A stretch of 64,000 nucleotides of DNA. Origin: an uncultured Gemmatimonadales bacterium. GTDB taxonomy: Bacteria > Gemmatimonadota > Gemmatimonadetes > Longimicrobiales > RSA9. Made by a program: the position numbers and the translations under genes. Below, piece by piece: positions 41,029 to 50,912 of the stretch. The DNA is taken from positions 992,001-1,056,000 of the forward strand of contig CAWCUS010000006.1 of the NCBI GenBank assembly GCA_963798845.1, written 5' to 3'. The notes under the pieces are model-generated. The model was not told the origin of the DNA and did not search any database. It worked only from the letters and a program-made list of their open reading frames with translations. Numbering within the stretch: position 1 is the first letter of the stretch; the number at the start of each line of letters is the position of its first letter.

Positions 41029-42846
41029 TCAGTAGCCACGCGGCTCCCCGTCGTGGCGTGGGTCGGAGACTGCGATCCAGCCGTGGGGGCCGCGGACGAT
41101 GATATAGAGGCGGGCGTATTCGGGGCTGGGCCGGACGATCTCATAGCCCTGCTCATGGACCTCATGGAGGAGAGCGGCCGGGAAGCCGTGCTCGAGCTGC
41201 ACCTGGCGGCTGGAGCGGGAGGGGAAGATGCGGGGCATGAGGACGGCGTCGAGGGGGTCGAGGCCGTAATCGAGGATGTAGACCATGACCTGGGCGATCT
41301 CGGTGGGGATGCGCCCGCCCCCGGGCGCGCCGATGACCATGCGAACGCTGTCATGGTCGAGGACGAGGGTCGGCGCGATGGTGCTGATACGGGTGCGCCA
41401 GGGGCTGAGATGGGGCGTCTCGAGAATCCGGTCCGTGAACCGGAATCCGGAATCGTTGAGGAAGAAGCCATCAACCCAGGCGCCGGAGCCGAAGATGCTG
41501 CTGTTGGTCTGGGTGAGCGCGACCGCGTTGCCGTCCGAGTCGATCACGGACATGTGGGTGGTCTCGCCACGGTCGTGGCCGGCGTCACCTGCCGGGCTGG
41601 TCGTGGGGGCCGCGACCACGGGGCGCGCGGCGCCGTAGGGCTCGAATGCGAGGCAGCCCGGGGGAGGCGGGAGCGTGTCGAAGGCGGTCGGGTCGCCGGG
41701 CGGGATCGAGTCGGTCGGGTGTCCGGTGCCGACCAGGAATTCGCGAGCGGCGGTGTAGGCGCTGGAGACGATTCCGGCGGCGGGCACCGGGGCCCAGTCG
41801 GGGTCGTCGTTCACGCGAGCGTCGGCCATCCCGACGCGCAGCGCGGAGGTGAGCACGTCGAAGGCCCTGGCGGAGCGGGTGGGGAGCCCGAGCGAGCGGA
41901 GGTCGAACGGCTCGAGCAGCTCGAGTGTGTGCAGCACCTGGAGCCCTGTCTGGGGCGGGGCCGCCGAGAGGATGACGTGGCCGCGGTATTCGGCACAGAG
42001 GGGACGGAGCCAGCGGGTGCGATAGCGGGCGAGGTCGGCGGCGAGGGCGGGGTGGCCGCCGGCGTTCAGGGTGGCGAGGAGATCCCCGGCGATGCGCCCG
42101 GTGTAGAATGCGTCGCGCCCGCCCGCGGCGACGTCGCGCAGAGAAGCGGCAAGCTCGGGGTTGCGCATCCAGGCGCCGGCGGGCAGCGGGTGGCCGTCGG
42201 GCCAGAACCGGGCCCCGGCTTCCGGCGAGCGGTGCAGCTTGGCGGAGTCGGCCGCGATCATGGCGGCGAGAACCTGGCCGATGGGGAACCCATCCTCGGC
42301 AAGGCGGATCGCCGGTGCCATCACGCGGGGCCGCGACAGCACGCCGAAGCGCTGCTGGAGCTCGAGCAGGCCGGCCACGTCGCCAGGTACTCCGGCCACC
42401 CGCAGGTCGCCGGGTGCATACGGACCGCCGGTTCGGCCCTCGAACTCCGGCGCGTACTGCGCCGCGTAGAAGTCGAGATCGTACGCCTTTCGAGTGCCCG
42501 CGATCCAGACCACCGCCGCCCCGCTCCCGCCCAGCCCCGACATCTGAGGCTCCACCACGCCTACGGCGAACGCGGTGGCGACCGCTGCATCGACAGCGTT
42601 CCCGCCCGCGCGCAGGATCTCGACACCGGCTTCGCTCGCCAGCGCGTTGGCGGACGCCACGGCCCCGTGCGGAGCCACGATGCGGTGACCGAGATCGGCG
42701 GACGGCCCGCGCCATTCCTGGTTCTCGGCGGTGGGGCGCTGTTCCTGCTCCGCGGCCGCCGGCGTGGGCGCCGGAGACGGCACGGAACGGGCGCAGCCGG
42801 TCACCGCGACGGCGGCGGCGAGGGCTATGTGTCGAAGGTTCGTCAT
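41029..42846 (-). CDS. gamma-glutamyltransferase family lipoprotein
   Basis: VTGC lipobox, GGNAVDAAVA, EPQMSGLGG, ETTHMSVID.DGN (catalytic Thr), GAPGGGRI, SDPR. Confidence 0.92.
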   Translation of the reverse strand: MTNLRHIALAAAVAVTGCARSVPSPAPTPAAAEQEQRPTAENQEWRGPSADLGHRIVAPHGAVASANALASEAGVEILRAGGNAVDAAVATAFAVGVVEPQMSGLGGSGAAVVWIAGTRKAYDLDFYAAQYAPEFEGRTGGPYAPGDLRVAGVPGDVAGLLELQQRFGVLSRPRVMAPAIRLAEDGFPIGQVLAAMIAADSAKLHRSPEAGARFWPDGHPLPAGAWMRNPELAASLRDVAAGGRDAFYTGRIAGDLLATLNAGGHPALAADLARYRTRWLRPLCAEYRGHVILSAAPPQTGLQVLHTLELLEPFDLRSLGLPTRSARAFDVLTSALRVGMADARVNDDPDWAPVPAAGIVSSAYTAAREFLVGTGHPTDSIPPGDPTAFDTLPPPPGCLAFEPYGAARPVVAAPTTSPAGDAGHDRGETTHMSVIDSDGNAVALTQTNSSIFGSGAWVDGFFLNDSGFRFTDRILETPHLSPWRTRISTIAPTLVLDHDSVRMVIGAPGGGRIPTEIAQVMVYILDYGLDPLDAVLMPRIFPSRSSRQVQLEHGFPAALLHEVHEQGYEIVRPSPEYARLYIIVRGPHGWIAVSDPRHDGEPRGY

Positions 42847-43083
42847 TCTGACGTCGGTCGGAAGGGTCGGCGGAGAATCGCCGCGCGCCGCGCAGCCCGC
42901 GCACGGGCCGAAGCATAGGTGATGCCCCGCCCCCTCGACAGTGCAGCCCTCGAGAGCAGGGCCGTGTGGCCTTCGCGGCACCGAGTGTACATCATCCCTG
43001 TGGTGGAGAGGAAGACGTGGGTATCGTGCTTGCTGGGGTGGTGACACACTCGAGGCGGGAATCAATGCGCGGGAGGCATTTGA

Positions 43084-43797
43084 ATGGTGCCGGATCTCAG
43101 GGGGAAGGTCGCGGTGGTGACGGGGGGAACGAAAGGTATCGGGCGCGCCATTGCGGAAGGGCTGCTGGACGCGGGCGCACGCGTGGTGGTGGGTGCGCGA
43201 ACGGAGCCGGACGTGGTGCGGTCCGCGGCCGAGCTCGGTGAGCGGGCCCGGGGCGTGGTGTGCGACGTGCGACGCAGCGGCGATTGTGAGCGGCTGGTCC
43301 AGGCCGCGGTGAGCGCGTTCGGCGGGCTCGACATCCTGGTGAACAACGCGGGCATCGGCCGGTTCGAGCGAGTAGCGGCGATGTCGCCGGCGAGCTGGGA
43401 CGCCGTGATCGAGACGAACCTGAACGGCCTGTTCTACGCGTCCCATGCCGCCATACCGCTCCTGGTGGATCGAGGTGGCGGCTGGATCATCAACATCGGG
43501 AGCCTGGCAGGGAAGAACGCCTTCCCGGGCGGCGCGGCGTACAACGCCAGCAAGTTCGGCCTCGTCGGCTTCAGCGAAGCGCTCATGCAGGAAGTCCGAC
43601 ACGACGGCATCCGGGTCAGCTACATCATGCCCGGGAGCGTGGCGAGCGACTTCTCCCATCCCGATCCGGCCAGCGACGACGCCTGGAAGATCCAGCCGCC
43701 GGACATCGCCGCCATCGTCCTCGACCTTCTGGCGACGCCCGATCGCACGCTCCCCAGCCGCGTCGAGGTCCGCCCCTCCCGCCCTCCGCGCAAGTGA
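43084..43797 (+). CDS. SDR oxidoreductase
   Basis: TGGTKGIG, NNAG, YNASK. Confidence 0.93.
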   Translation: MVPDLRGKVAVVTGGTKGIGRAIAEGLLDAGARVVVGARTEPDVVRSAAELGERARGVVCDVRRSGDCERLVQAAVSAFGGLDILVNNAGIGRFERVAAMSPASWDAVIETNLNGLFYASHAAIPLLVDRGGGWIINIGSLAGKNAFPGGAAYNASKFGLVGFSEALMQEVRHDGIRVSYIMPGSVASDFSHPDPASDDAWKIQPPDIAAIVLDLLATPDRTLPSRVEVRPSRPPRK

Positions 43798-43879
43798 GAG
43801 CCCCGTCTCCAGGTCGAACACGTCTTCACCGTCGTACACGTCTGCCACACCTTTCACGCTCTGACCGGGTGCTCCTGAC

Positions 43880-45265
43880 ATGACCGACTACCGGACTGAA
43901 AAAGACTCGCTGGGTGAGATCAAGGTGCCCGCGGACGCACTCTACGCGGCGCAGACGCAGCGGGCGGTGGAGAACTTCCCTGTCAGCGACCTGCGCTTCC
44001 CGCGGGAGTTCATCGCCGCGCTCGGGATCATCAAGCGCGCGGCAGCACAGACGAACGTCGAGCTGGGGCTGCTCGGCGAGGACGTGGGCGGCGCCATCGT
44101 GGAAGCGGCGGAGGAAGTCATCTCCGGGGAGCACGACGACCAGTTCCCGATCGACATCTTCCAGACCGGAAGCGGCACCTCGACCAACATGAACGCGAAC
44201 GAGGTGATCGCGACGCTGGCGAGTCGTCGGCTCGGATCGACCGTGCACCCGAACGACCATGTGAACTACGCGCAGTCGTCCAACGACGTCATACCCACGG
44301 CCATGCAGATCTCGGCGGCGCTGCTGGCGGTGCGGTCTCTTCTGCCGGCTCTCGAGCGGCTCCAGGATTCACTGGAGCGGAAGGCGAGGGAGTTCGACGG
44401 GATCGTCAAGTCGGGACGCACGCACCTGATGGACGCGACGCCCGTGCGCCTGGGCCAGGAGTTCGGCGGCTACGCGAGCCAGGTGCAGCACGGGATCCGG
44501 CGGATCCAGGACGGGCTGGCGGACCTGCGGGAGCTGCCGCTGGGCGGGACCGCGGTCGGCACGGGGATCAACACGCACCCGGAGTTCGCGCGCCGCACCA
44601 TTGCCCGGATCGTCGAGGCGGTTGGGGTGGAGTTCAGGGAGGCCGACAACCACTTCGAGCGCCAGTCCACGCGCGACACGGTGGTCTACCTGCATGGCGC
44701 GCTGAACACGCTGGCCGTGTCGCTCATGAAGATCGCCAACGACATCCGCTGGCTGGCGAGCGGACCCCGGGCCGGACTGGCGGAGATAACCCTTCCGGCC
44801 ACGCAGCCGGGCTCGAGCATCATGCCCGGGAAGGTGAACCCGGTGATCCCGGAGGCCGTGACCATGGTGGCGGCGCAGGTGATGGGGAACAACACCACCA
44901 TCACCGTGGCCGGGACGGGCGCCTATTTCGAGCTCAATCTCATGATGCCGGTCATGGCGTACGCGCTGCTGCAGTCCATCTCGATCCTGGCGAACGCGTC
45001 GACGGTGCTGGCGGAGAAGTGCGTGGACGGGATCGTCGCCAACCGCGAGCGGATCCAGGCGCTGCTGGAGGGGAACCTCTCCATGGGCACGGCGCTCGCG
45101 CCGCGCATCGGCTACGACGCGGCGGCGGCGCTCGCCAAGGAGGCGTTCAGGGAGAACCGGACGGTGCGCGACGTGGCGCGGGAGAAGAGGGTGCTGCCGG
45201 AGGAGGAGCTGGAGAGGGTGCTGGACCCCCGCTCCATGACAGAGCCGGGGATTCCGGGCTCATGA
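43880..45265 (+). CDS. fumC: class II fumarate hydratase
   Basis: QTGSGTSTNMN, HPNDHVN, KSGRTHLMDA, GSSIMPGKVNP. Confidence 0.9.
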   Translation: MTDYRTEKDSLGEIKVPADALYAAQTQRAVENFPVSDLRFPREFIAALGIIKRAAAQTNVELGLLGEDVGGAIVEAAEEVISGEHDDQFPIDIFQTGSGTSTNMNANEVIATLASRRLGSTVHPNDHVNYAQSSNDVIPTAMQISAALLAVRSLLPALERLQDSLERKAREFDGIVKSGRTHLMDATPVRLGQEFGGYASQVQHGIRRIQDGLADLRELPLGGTAVGTGINTHPEFARRTIARIVEAVGVEFREADNHFERQSTRDTVVYLHGALNTLAVSLMKIANDIRWLASGPRAGLAEITLPATQPGSSIMPGKVNPVIPEAVTMVAAQVMGNNTTITVAGTGAYFELNLMMPVMAYALLQSISILANASTVLAEKCVDGIVANRERIQALLEGNLSMGTALAPRIGYDAAAALAKEAFRENRTVRDVAREKRVLPEEELERVLDPRSMTEPGIPGS

Positions 45266-45616
45266 GCCCGCTATGGCCCCTTCGTCGGCGGGTGGCGGCG
45301 GGGCGACGGCGGCGTCCGCGTTCCCGTTTCCGAGCAGCGTTTTCAGCTTCTCCACCTCCCGGGCAATGACCGGACGCTGCAGCACGTTCATGGTCCAGAG
45401 CCCGTTCTTGCGACGCCCGATGAGCCCGGCCTCGGCCAGGATGGCCAGGTGGTGCGAGAGGAGGGAAGGGGAGAGGTCCAGGGCGGTGCCGATGGCGCCG
45501 CACGTCATCTCCGTGTCCTCGCCTGCGAGCAGCTCCACGATGCGGAAGCGCTTCTCGTCCGAAAGCGCTGCGAGCACGCGGATGGTCTCGCTCGACGTCG
45601 ACTGGGAATCCTGCAC
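45260..45616 (-). CDS. ArsR/SmtB family transcriptional regulator
   Basis: ALSDEKRFRIVELL, SLLSHHLAILAEAGLI. Confidence 0.9.
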   Translation of the reverse strand: MQDSQSTSSETIRVLAALSDEKRFRIVELLAGEDTEMTCGAIGTALDLSPSLLSHHLAILAEAGLIGRRKNGLWTMNVLQRPVIAREVEKLKTLLGNGNADAAVAPPPPADEGAIAGS

Positions 45617-45678
45617 TGGTCCTCCGGTGCTGCCTGGGCGGTGGTCGTTCTCGGGCTCGGGCCGATACTACCCGCGTG

Positions 45679-46095
45679 TCACGACCGGGGTCCGCCCCGG
45701 GCCGGAGCCTGGGAAAGGTGGAGGGAGAAGGCTTCCAGCGATTCGCTTTCAAAACGAACGACGAAGCGATAGTGGCCGGCGTGCGGGAAGACCACGTTCT
45801 CCAGCGGCATCAGGAGACGGGTCCGCGGACGCTCCGGCTCGTCGGAGGCGGGCGCCACGTCCGTGTGCCCGGTGATGGTGAGGACCTTGCGGTCGGCGCC
45901 ATCGAGGAGGTCGGCCTGGAACGCCTTCCGCCCCCGCTCCGAGGGCGACCATTCCATGACGAACACGACGGTCATCCGGTCCTGCGCCGCCGGGAAGCCC
46001 GGGGCCTGGAGCCGGTCGAACACGCCGTGGAAATCGAGACGGCCGTCCGGACGCTCGCGGGCGTCCTCGCAGGCCAGTGAAAGAAGTAGCTTCAT
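45679..46095 (-). CDS. hypothetical beta-sandwich protein (DUF6941-like)
   Basis: ACEDARERPDGRLDFHGVFDR..APGFP, FPHAGHYRF. Confidence 0.7.
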   Translation of the reverse strand: MKLLLSLACEDARERPDGRLDFHGVFDRLQAPGFPAAQDRMTVVFVMEWSPSERGRKAFQADLLDGADRKVLTITGHTDVAPASDEPERPRTRLLMPLENVVFPHAGHYRFVVRFESESLEAFSLHLSQAPARGGPRS

Positions 46096-46145
46096 GGCGC
46101 CGCGATGATGACGGAGATGGATACGAACGTCAACCGGAGGGATCG

Positions 46146-46829
46146 TTGAGGACGCTGCTGGTCGCCCTGTCACACCCGGACGACGAGATGGGCTGCGCAG
46201 GGACCATGGCCACCCACGTCGCCGCCGGCGACCGCGTGGTGCTGCTCTGGCTCACGCGGGGGGAGATGACGGAGATCTACGGGCAGCTCTCGCCGGAAGA
46301 GGTGGCGGAGCGGCGCACTGCACAGGGGGAGGAGGCGGCCGGGATCCTCGGTGCCGAGCCGCGCTTTCTCGACTTCCCGGACACGCGGATCGAGGCCACG
46401 CCCGACGCCGCACGGGAAGTGGCGCGGGTGATCGCAGACGTCCGGCCGAACGCCGTGATCACGTGGGGGGATGCGTGGGCGAGAGGGATGCGCCACCCGG
46501 ACCACCAGGCCACGGGTCGAATCGTCCGGGACGCCATCACGCTGGCGCGGCTCGGTCGGGTGGTGGGCCCGAGGCCCCACCGTGATCCCGCGCCCGTCTT
46601 CACCCTTCGTGGCGAGCACTCCACGCTGCCGGAGACGCTCGTGGACGTGAGCGCGCAGCTCGACCGCGTCCTGGAGCTCGGGGCCTTCTACCGCGAGCGG
46701 GTCGGGTGGCCGCCGCCCGACTGGCTGCGGGACCGGCTCAGGCGCGCCGGCGAGCCCCACGGCGTCGCGGCCGCCGAGCGCTTCGACGCCTGGGAGACGG
46801 CGGCCGCATTCAGTGAGCGACTGTTCTGA
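46146..46829 (+). CDS. PIG-L/LmbE family deacetylase
   Basis: SHPDDE, LTRGE, HPDH; GGAGG before TTG start. Confidence 0.9.
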   Translation: MRTLLVALSHPDDEMGCAGTMATHVAAGDRVVLLWLTRGEMTEIYGQLSPEEVAERRTAQGEEAAGILGAEPRFLDFPDTRIEATPDAAREVARVIADVRPNAVITWGDAWARGMRHPDHQATGRIVRDAITLARLGRVVGPRPHRDPAPVFTLRGEHSTLPETLVDVSAQLDRVLELGAFYRERVGWPPPDWLRDRLRRAGEPHGVAAAERFDAWETAAAFSERLF

Positions 46830-46885
46830 GCGTGCGCCGGGCCGAACGGGGATCCGCCTGGCGCCGCGGCCGGATCGGGGACGCC

Positions 46886-47734
46886 TCAACCTTCCCGGAA
46901 ATCCAGCCGTTCGTAGGTTCGGCTCCCGCTCAGCCGGCTGTCGAGAGTGGCATGGATGCGCGTCTCCTGCGGGCGGTCCAACGGCGGCTCGTAGGGCGGA
47001 AGAACGCGGATGTCGTCGCGCTCGAGCACCGGCGTGGTCAGGCGGCCGGCGGTCTCGCCCACATCCACGTAACCGATGGGGAGCGCCGCTTCCCGCGCCG
47101 GGTCGTCGAGCGCCACCACCGCGTAGCGCACCTTTCTGGCCGACGGCTCCACCAGCAGCTCCGTGACCTCGCCCACGTCCTCGCCCCGCGCGTCGCACAG
47201 CTTCCAGCCGCGGATGTCGGGCTCGCCGCGTGCCAGCCTGAACTCGGAGAGCGCGGAAAGCGGGCGCAGCGGCGAACCCTCCCCGGCCGCGGCGTCCGGC
47301 CCCTCGATCGGGTGCTCCCCGACGTAGATGGCGCCGTGGTCGAAAGACGGGTGGGCGTAATAGCGCGAGCCGTAGAACAGGCGGCCGCTGGCCGCCAGGA
47401 CGCGGTCCTGAAAGGTGGCGTCCACGTCCGAGGGGTCGCCGTCGTAGGACGGGATGGACAGCAGGTCCTCGTACGTGGCCGCTCTCAACTGTAAGCGGGG
47501 TGGGACGCGGTTGCGCTCGAAGCGGGCGTGGCCGATGGGGACGAGGACGTGCTTCGGCTCGTCCGCCATGCCGATGTCGAGGTAGCGGATCAGCCCGGTT
47601 CGCTTCTCCGAGAGCGTGCCCACCAGGCCGCCCACGGGACGCCCTTCCACGTCGGCCGTCGAAAGCCCCGCCAGGTCGTCTGTCGCGATGAGAGCAGGCG
47701 GCTCGCCCGGCGCCGGACCGTACAGTCGTGTCAT
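46886..47734 (-). CDS. tandem PRC-barrel domain protein
   Basis: two repeats of G..VG.V..LL.....IRYL.V...VLVPIG; GEPDIRGW. Confidence 0.85.
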   Translation of the reverse strand: MTRLYGPAPGEPPALIATDDLAGLSTADVEGRPVGGLVGTLSEKRTGLIRYLDIGMADEPKHVLVPIGHARFERNRVPPRLQLRAATYEDLLSIPSYDGDPSDVDATFQDRVLAASGRLFYGSRYYAHPSFDHGAIYVGEHPIEGPDAAAGEGSPLRPLSALSEFRLARGEPDIRGWKLCDARGEDVGEVTELLVEPSARKVRYAVVALDDPAREAALPIGYVDVGETAGRLTTPVLERDDIRVLPPYEPPLDRPQETRIHATLDSRLSGSRTYERLDFREG

Positions 47735-48277
47735 TCAGTAGAGGAGCGCGCGGCGGAGCCGCCCGCTGAGCGAATCTTCCGGGATCGTGAGCGCGTGAGA
47801 CAGGATTTCGGGGATGGACCGGCCGGCGATGGACCAGTCCTCCTCCATCCACGCGCGACCGCCGGGGCCGACGAAGAGAAGACGACCCACCCAACGCCCG
47901 CGCGTCTGCCAGCACTGCACCATGACGCGCCACTGGCTGCCCGCCACCTCGAGGTCCCGGATGTCGACGCTCTCGGCGATGCTGCCCATGGAGGGCTCGG
48001 GCGGCGCGGAAGCGGGCGCCTCTCCGGGCAGACTCACCGGCGCGTGGCGCGGGATGCGCACGGCGCCGCTCCAGTCACACGCCGGGCACCAGCGGCGGTG
48101 GACCTCGTGCGCCGGGAGGGCGACGCTCACCGCGGCGTTCACGCGGGAGCGGAGCCGTAGCGTCTCCTGGGAGCAGCTCGGGCACCGGCGAGTGCGCGGC
48201 AGAGACCGGACCCGGGCGAAGATCCCGATCGCCAGCGGCAGCGCGATCACCAGTGACAGAACCAGACCCAGCACCAT
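47735..48277 (-). CDS. membrane-anchored zinc-ribbon hypothetical protein
   Basis: N-terminal TM, CPSC...WCPACDW, C-terminal domain with GRWVGRLLF. Confidence 0.75.
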   Translation of the reverse strand: MVLGLVLSLVIALPLAIGIFARVRSLPRTRRCPSCSQETLRLRSRVNAAVSVALPAHEVHRRWCPACDWSGAVRIPRHAPVSLPGEAPASAPPEPSMGSIAESVDIRDLEVAGSQWRVMVQCWQTRGRWVGRLLFVGPGGRAWMEEDWSIAGRSIPEILSHALTIPEDSLSGRLRRALLY

Positions 48278-48312
48278 TTGACACTCGCTCCTGGGGACCC
48301 ACCTTCAGCTTC

Positions 48313-49221
48313 ATGACCGAGCAAGTTGCGGACCGAAGCCAGGCCTTTCACGGCCACTCCAAACATGCCGACGAGCTGGGGGCCCACGTCTCCACGGCCG
48401 GTGGCGTCGCCATGGCGCCGGGGCGAGCGGCCGAGCTGGATTCCGTAGTCCTCCAGCTGTTCTCGAAGCAGCCGAGCCGCTGGGCCGAGAGGGAGATCGA
48501 CCCCGACGAGGCGGCGGCGTTCCGCGACGCCTGCGCCGCCCACGGCGTGCGCGTGACGGCGTCGCACGACTCGTACCTCATCAACCTGGCCACCCCGGAT
48601 CCATCGCTCCTCGAGCGGTCGCGGGCCTCGTTCACCGCCGAGCTGCGCCGCGCCGAAGCCCTCGGGCTCGACTTCGTCGTGACGCACCCGGGCAACGCCA
48701 CCGATGGGGACGCGCAACGCGGAATGCGACAGAACGCCACGGCCATCGCCGATGCGCTCGACGACGTCCCGGGCCGCGTCCGCGTTCTCCTGGAGGGGAC
48801 GGCCGGCACCGGGACCGCTCTCGGCGCGACCTTCGAAGAGCTCGCCCGGATGCTCGGCGACATTGACCGGCGCCACCCCGACCGCGCCGCCGTATGCCTC
48901 GACACCTGCCACCTCTGGGCCGCCGGGTACGACCTCCTCCGCCTCGACGACGTCCTGGAGCGACTCGACCGCGTGATCGGCCTCCGTTACCTCCGGCTTC
49001 TCCACCTCAACGACTCCGTGGCGCCGTTCGGCGCGCACAGGGACCGCCACGCCGGCATCGCCGAAGGCACCATCGGCGACGCTCCATTCCGCGCCCTCAT
49101 GCATCACCCCGCCCTGCGCGGCGTCCCCAAGGTCATCGAGACGCCGAAGGGCGATGACGCCCTGGCCGCCGACCGGGCCAACCTGGCTCGCCTGCGCGGC
49201 TACCGATCGGGACCAAAGTGA
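48313..49221 (+). CDS. nfo: endonuclease IV (start uncertain)
   Basis: LGAHVSTAGG, HDSYLINL, HPG, LLEGTAG, CLDTCH, HLNDS, DRHA, IETP. Confidence 0.95.
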   Translation: MTEQVADRSQAFHGHSKHADELGAHVSTAGGVAMAPGRAAELDSVVLQLFSKQPSRWAEREIDPDEAAAFRDACAAHGVRVTASHDSYLINLATPDPSLLERSRASFTAELRRAEALGLDFVVTHPGNATDGDAQRGMRQNATAIADALDDVPGRVRVLLEGTAGTGTALGATFEELARMLGDIDRRHPDRAAVCLDTCHLWAAGYDLLRLDDVLERLDRVIGLRYLRLLHLNDSVAPFGAHRDRHAGIAEGTIGDAPFRALMHHPALRGVPKVIETPKGDDALAADRANLARLRGYRSGPK

Positions 49222-49537
49222 CAGATGCGCGCAAAGAGTACCCGTGTTCCGGCCCTGGCGGGTGCGCTCTCGTTTTCCGCTAGCTGTTGAGCCACAACGA
49301 CTTACGCCTGCATGCCAGGATTTGGACCCGTTCGTGCCCATCGACCGGGGCACAACAAGGGTGGCCGTGGCGGCGGGATAACCGGGGAGAGCGCCGCGGA
49401 CAGACGAACGGTCGTTGCTCAGGCAACGGCCGTTTCGTCGTTTGCCAGTGACCGGCCGTCGACCGGCCCGAGCACCGAAAGCCTGATGTGGGGAACGCCG
49501 TGACGGCTGGCGGAGGGGCGGGGCGCGCGGCAGCCCG

Positions 49538-49566
49538 TTGACGCGCCGGCGGGTTCCGTCGAGATT
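49538..49566 (+). promoter_or_regulatory. putative promoter of ncRNA
   Basis: TTGACG-N17-GAGATT. Confidence 0.55.
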
Positions 49567-49573
49567 GAACGTG

Positions 49574-49725
49574 CGGTGCGCTGGAGGGCTCTCAATTTGA
49601 GCCGACACTGAAGATGCAGGGACCGGCTTCTGTTCCGGACGCCAGGCCCGACAGGGAAGGCGGAAGGAACGGGGAGGTCACCAGTTGTTGACAACTGGGC
49701 TTCAAATTCACCCTTCGGTGCGCCG
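49574..49725 (+). ncRNA. ssrS: probable 6S RNA
   Basis: 5' CGGTGCGCTGGAGGG pairs with 3' CCCTTCGGTGCGCCG; TTTGAGCC/GGCTTCAAA inner helix; central bubble with 3' hairpin CCAGTTG-TTGA-CAACTGG; long terminal arm. Confidence 0.75.
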
Positions 49726-49728
49726 ATC

Positions 49729-49764
49729 GGGCCGGCCTGTGGATCGTCACGGGCCGGCCCTTTC
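49729..49764 (+). terminator. intrinsic terminator after ncRNA
   Basis: GGGCCGGCCTGTG...CACGGGCCGGCCC followed by TTTC. Confidence 0.7.
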
Positions 49765-49872
49765 GGTATCCGGGCGTCCGTCGGTGGGTCGGCGCGGAAG
49801 CCGCAGGGCGCGGCGTGGCTATCGTACGCGGCGGTCGGCATCACACCGCCCGTGGCGAGAGAGGAGGCTGGC

Positions 49873-50289
49873 ATGGCGAAGGTGGCGGTGACGCGGCGGC
49901 TGCACTTCGCGGCGGCGCACAGGCTGGGGCGAGCGGAGTGGAGTGCCGAGCGCAACGCGCGGGTGTTCGGGGATTGCTCGAACCCGAACTGGCACGGTCA
50001 CAACTACGAGCTGGACGTGACCGTGGAAGGCGAGATCTCGCCGGAGACGGGCTTCGTGCTGGACCTGAAGGCGCTGAAGGCGCTGGTGCAGGAGCGGGTG
50101 ATCGGGGACGTGGACCACCGGAACCTGAATCTGGATGTGGGGTGGATGGAAGGGTTGAATCCCACCACGGAGAACCTGGTGGTGGCGATCTGGGGGCGGC
50201 TGGAGCCGTCGATGCCGGCGGACGTGCGGCTGGTGCGGCTGGTGCTCTGGGAGACGCCGCGGAACTACGTCGAATACAGCGGGGCGTGA
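49873..50289 (+). CDS. 6-pyruvoyl-tetrahydropterin synthase, CX5HGH (PTPS-II) type
   Basis: [34 protein letters not shown]. Confidence 0.88.
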   Translation: MAKVAVTRRLHFAAAHRLGRAEWSAERNARVFGDCSNPNWHGHNYELDVTVEGEISPETGFVLDLKALKALVQERVIGDVDHRNLNLDVGWMEGLNPTTENLVVAIWGRLEPSMPADVRLVRLVLWETPRNYVEYSGA

Positions 50290-50912
50290 TGACACGGAAC
50301 GGGGAGGGCGGGGTGGGCACGGATTCGCGGGAGGGCGTGCTGTCGTCGGTGGAGCTGCCGGCGCTGGTGCGGGAGCTGCTCGTGCGTCTGGGCGAGGACC
50401 CGGAGCGCCAGGGTCTTCTGAGGACGCCGACCCGGGTGGCGGACAGCCTGACCTGGCTGACGCGGGGCTACCGGCAGTCGGTGGAGGAATTGATCGGCGA
50501 CGCCATCTTCGATGAGGACCACCACAACATGGTGGTGGTGAAGGACATCGAGATGTACTCCATGTGCGAGCACCACATGCTGCCGTTCTTCGGCAAGGTG
50601 CACGTCGCTTACATCCCGAACGGCCGCATCGTGGGGCTCTCCAAAGTGCCGAGAGTAGTGGACATGTTCGCGCGCCGGCTCCAGGTGCAGGAGCGGATGA
50701 CCGAGCAGATCGCGGACGCGATCCAGCGGGTGCTGGAGCCGGAGGGGGTGGCCGTGGTCTGCGAAGCGTACCACCTGTGCATGATGATGCGCGGGGTGGA
50801 GAAGCAGAACTCCAAGACCATCACCAGCGCCATGAAGGGCGTGTTCCTGGAGGACCTCCGCACGCGCGAAGAGTTTCTGCGCCTGAGCGCCATCCATGGC
50901 ATCATCGACTGA
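50289..50912 (+). CDS. folE: GTP cyclohydrolase I
   Basis: [45 protein letters not shown]. Confidence 0.97.
   Translation: MTRNGEGGVGTDSREGVLSSVELPALVRELLVRLGEDPERQGLLRTPTRVADSLTWLTRGYRQSVEELIGDAIFDEDHHNMVVVKDIEMYSMCEHHMLPFFGKVHVAYIPNGRIVGLSKVPRVVDMFARRLQVQERMTEQIADAIQRVLEPEGVAVVCEAYHLCMMMRGVEKQNSKTITSAMKGVFLEDLRTREEFLRLSAIHGIID

Noticed and set aside
40729..42918. Long antisense or alternative-frame ORFs (also 28781..30889, 34609..36486, 53078..54805)
   Set aside because: Shadow ORFs of real genes, expected at about 70% GC; no family motifs
46886..47734. PRC-barrel protein as photosynthetic reaction-centre H subunit
   Set aside because: No N-terminal TM helix and no puf/bch/crt genes nearby; PRC barrels are widespread
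49645..49670. CAGGCCCGACAGGGAAGGCGG as SRP RNA helix 8
   Set aside because: Lacks the GNRA loop and AGCA motif; the overall fold fits 6S better
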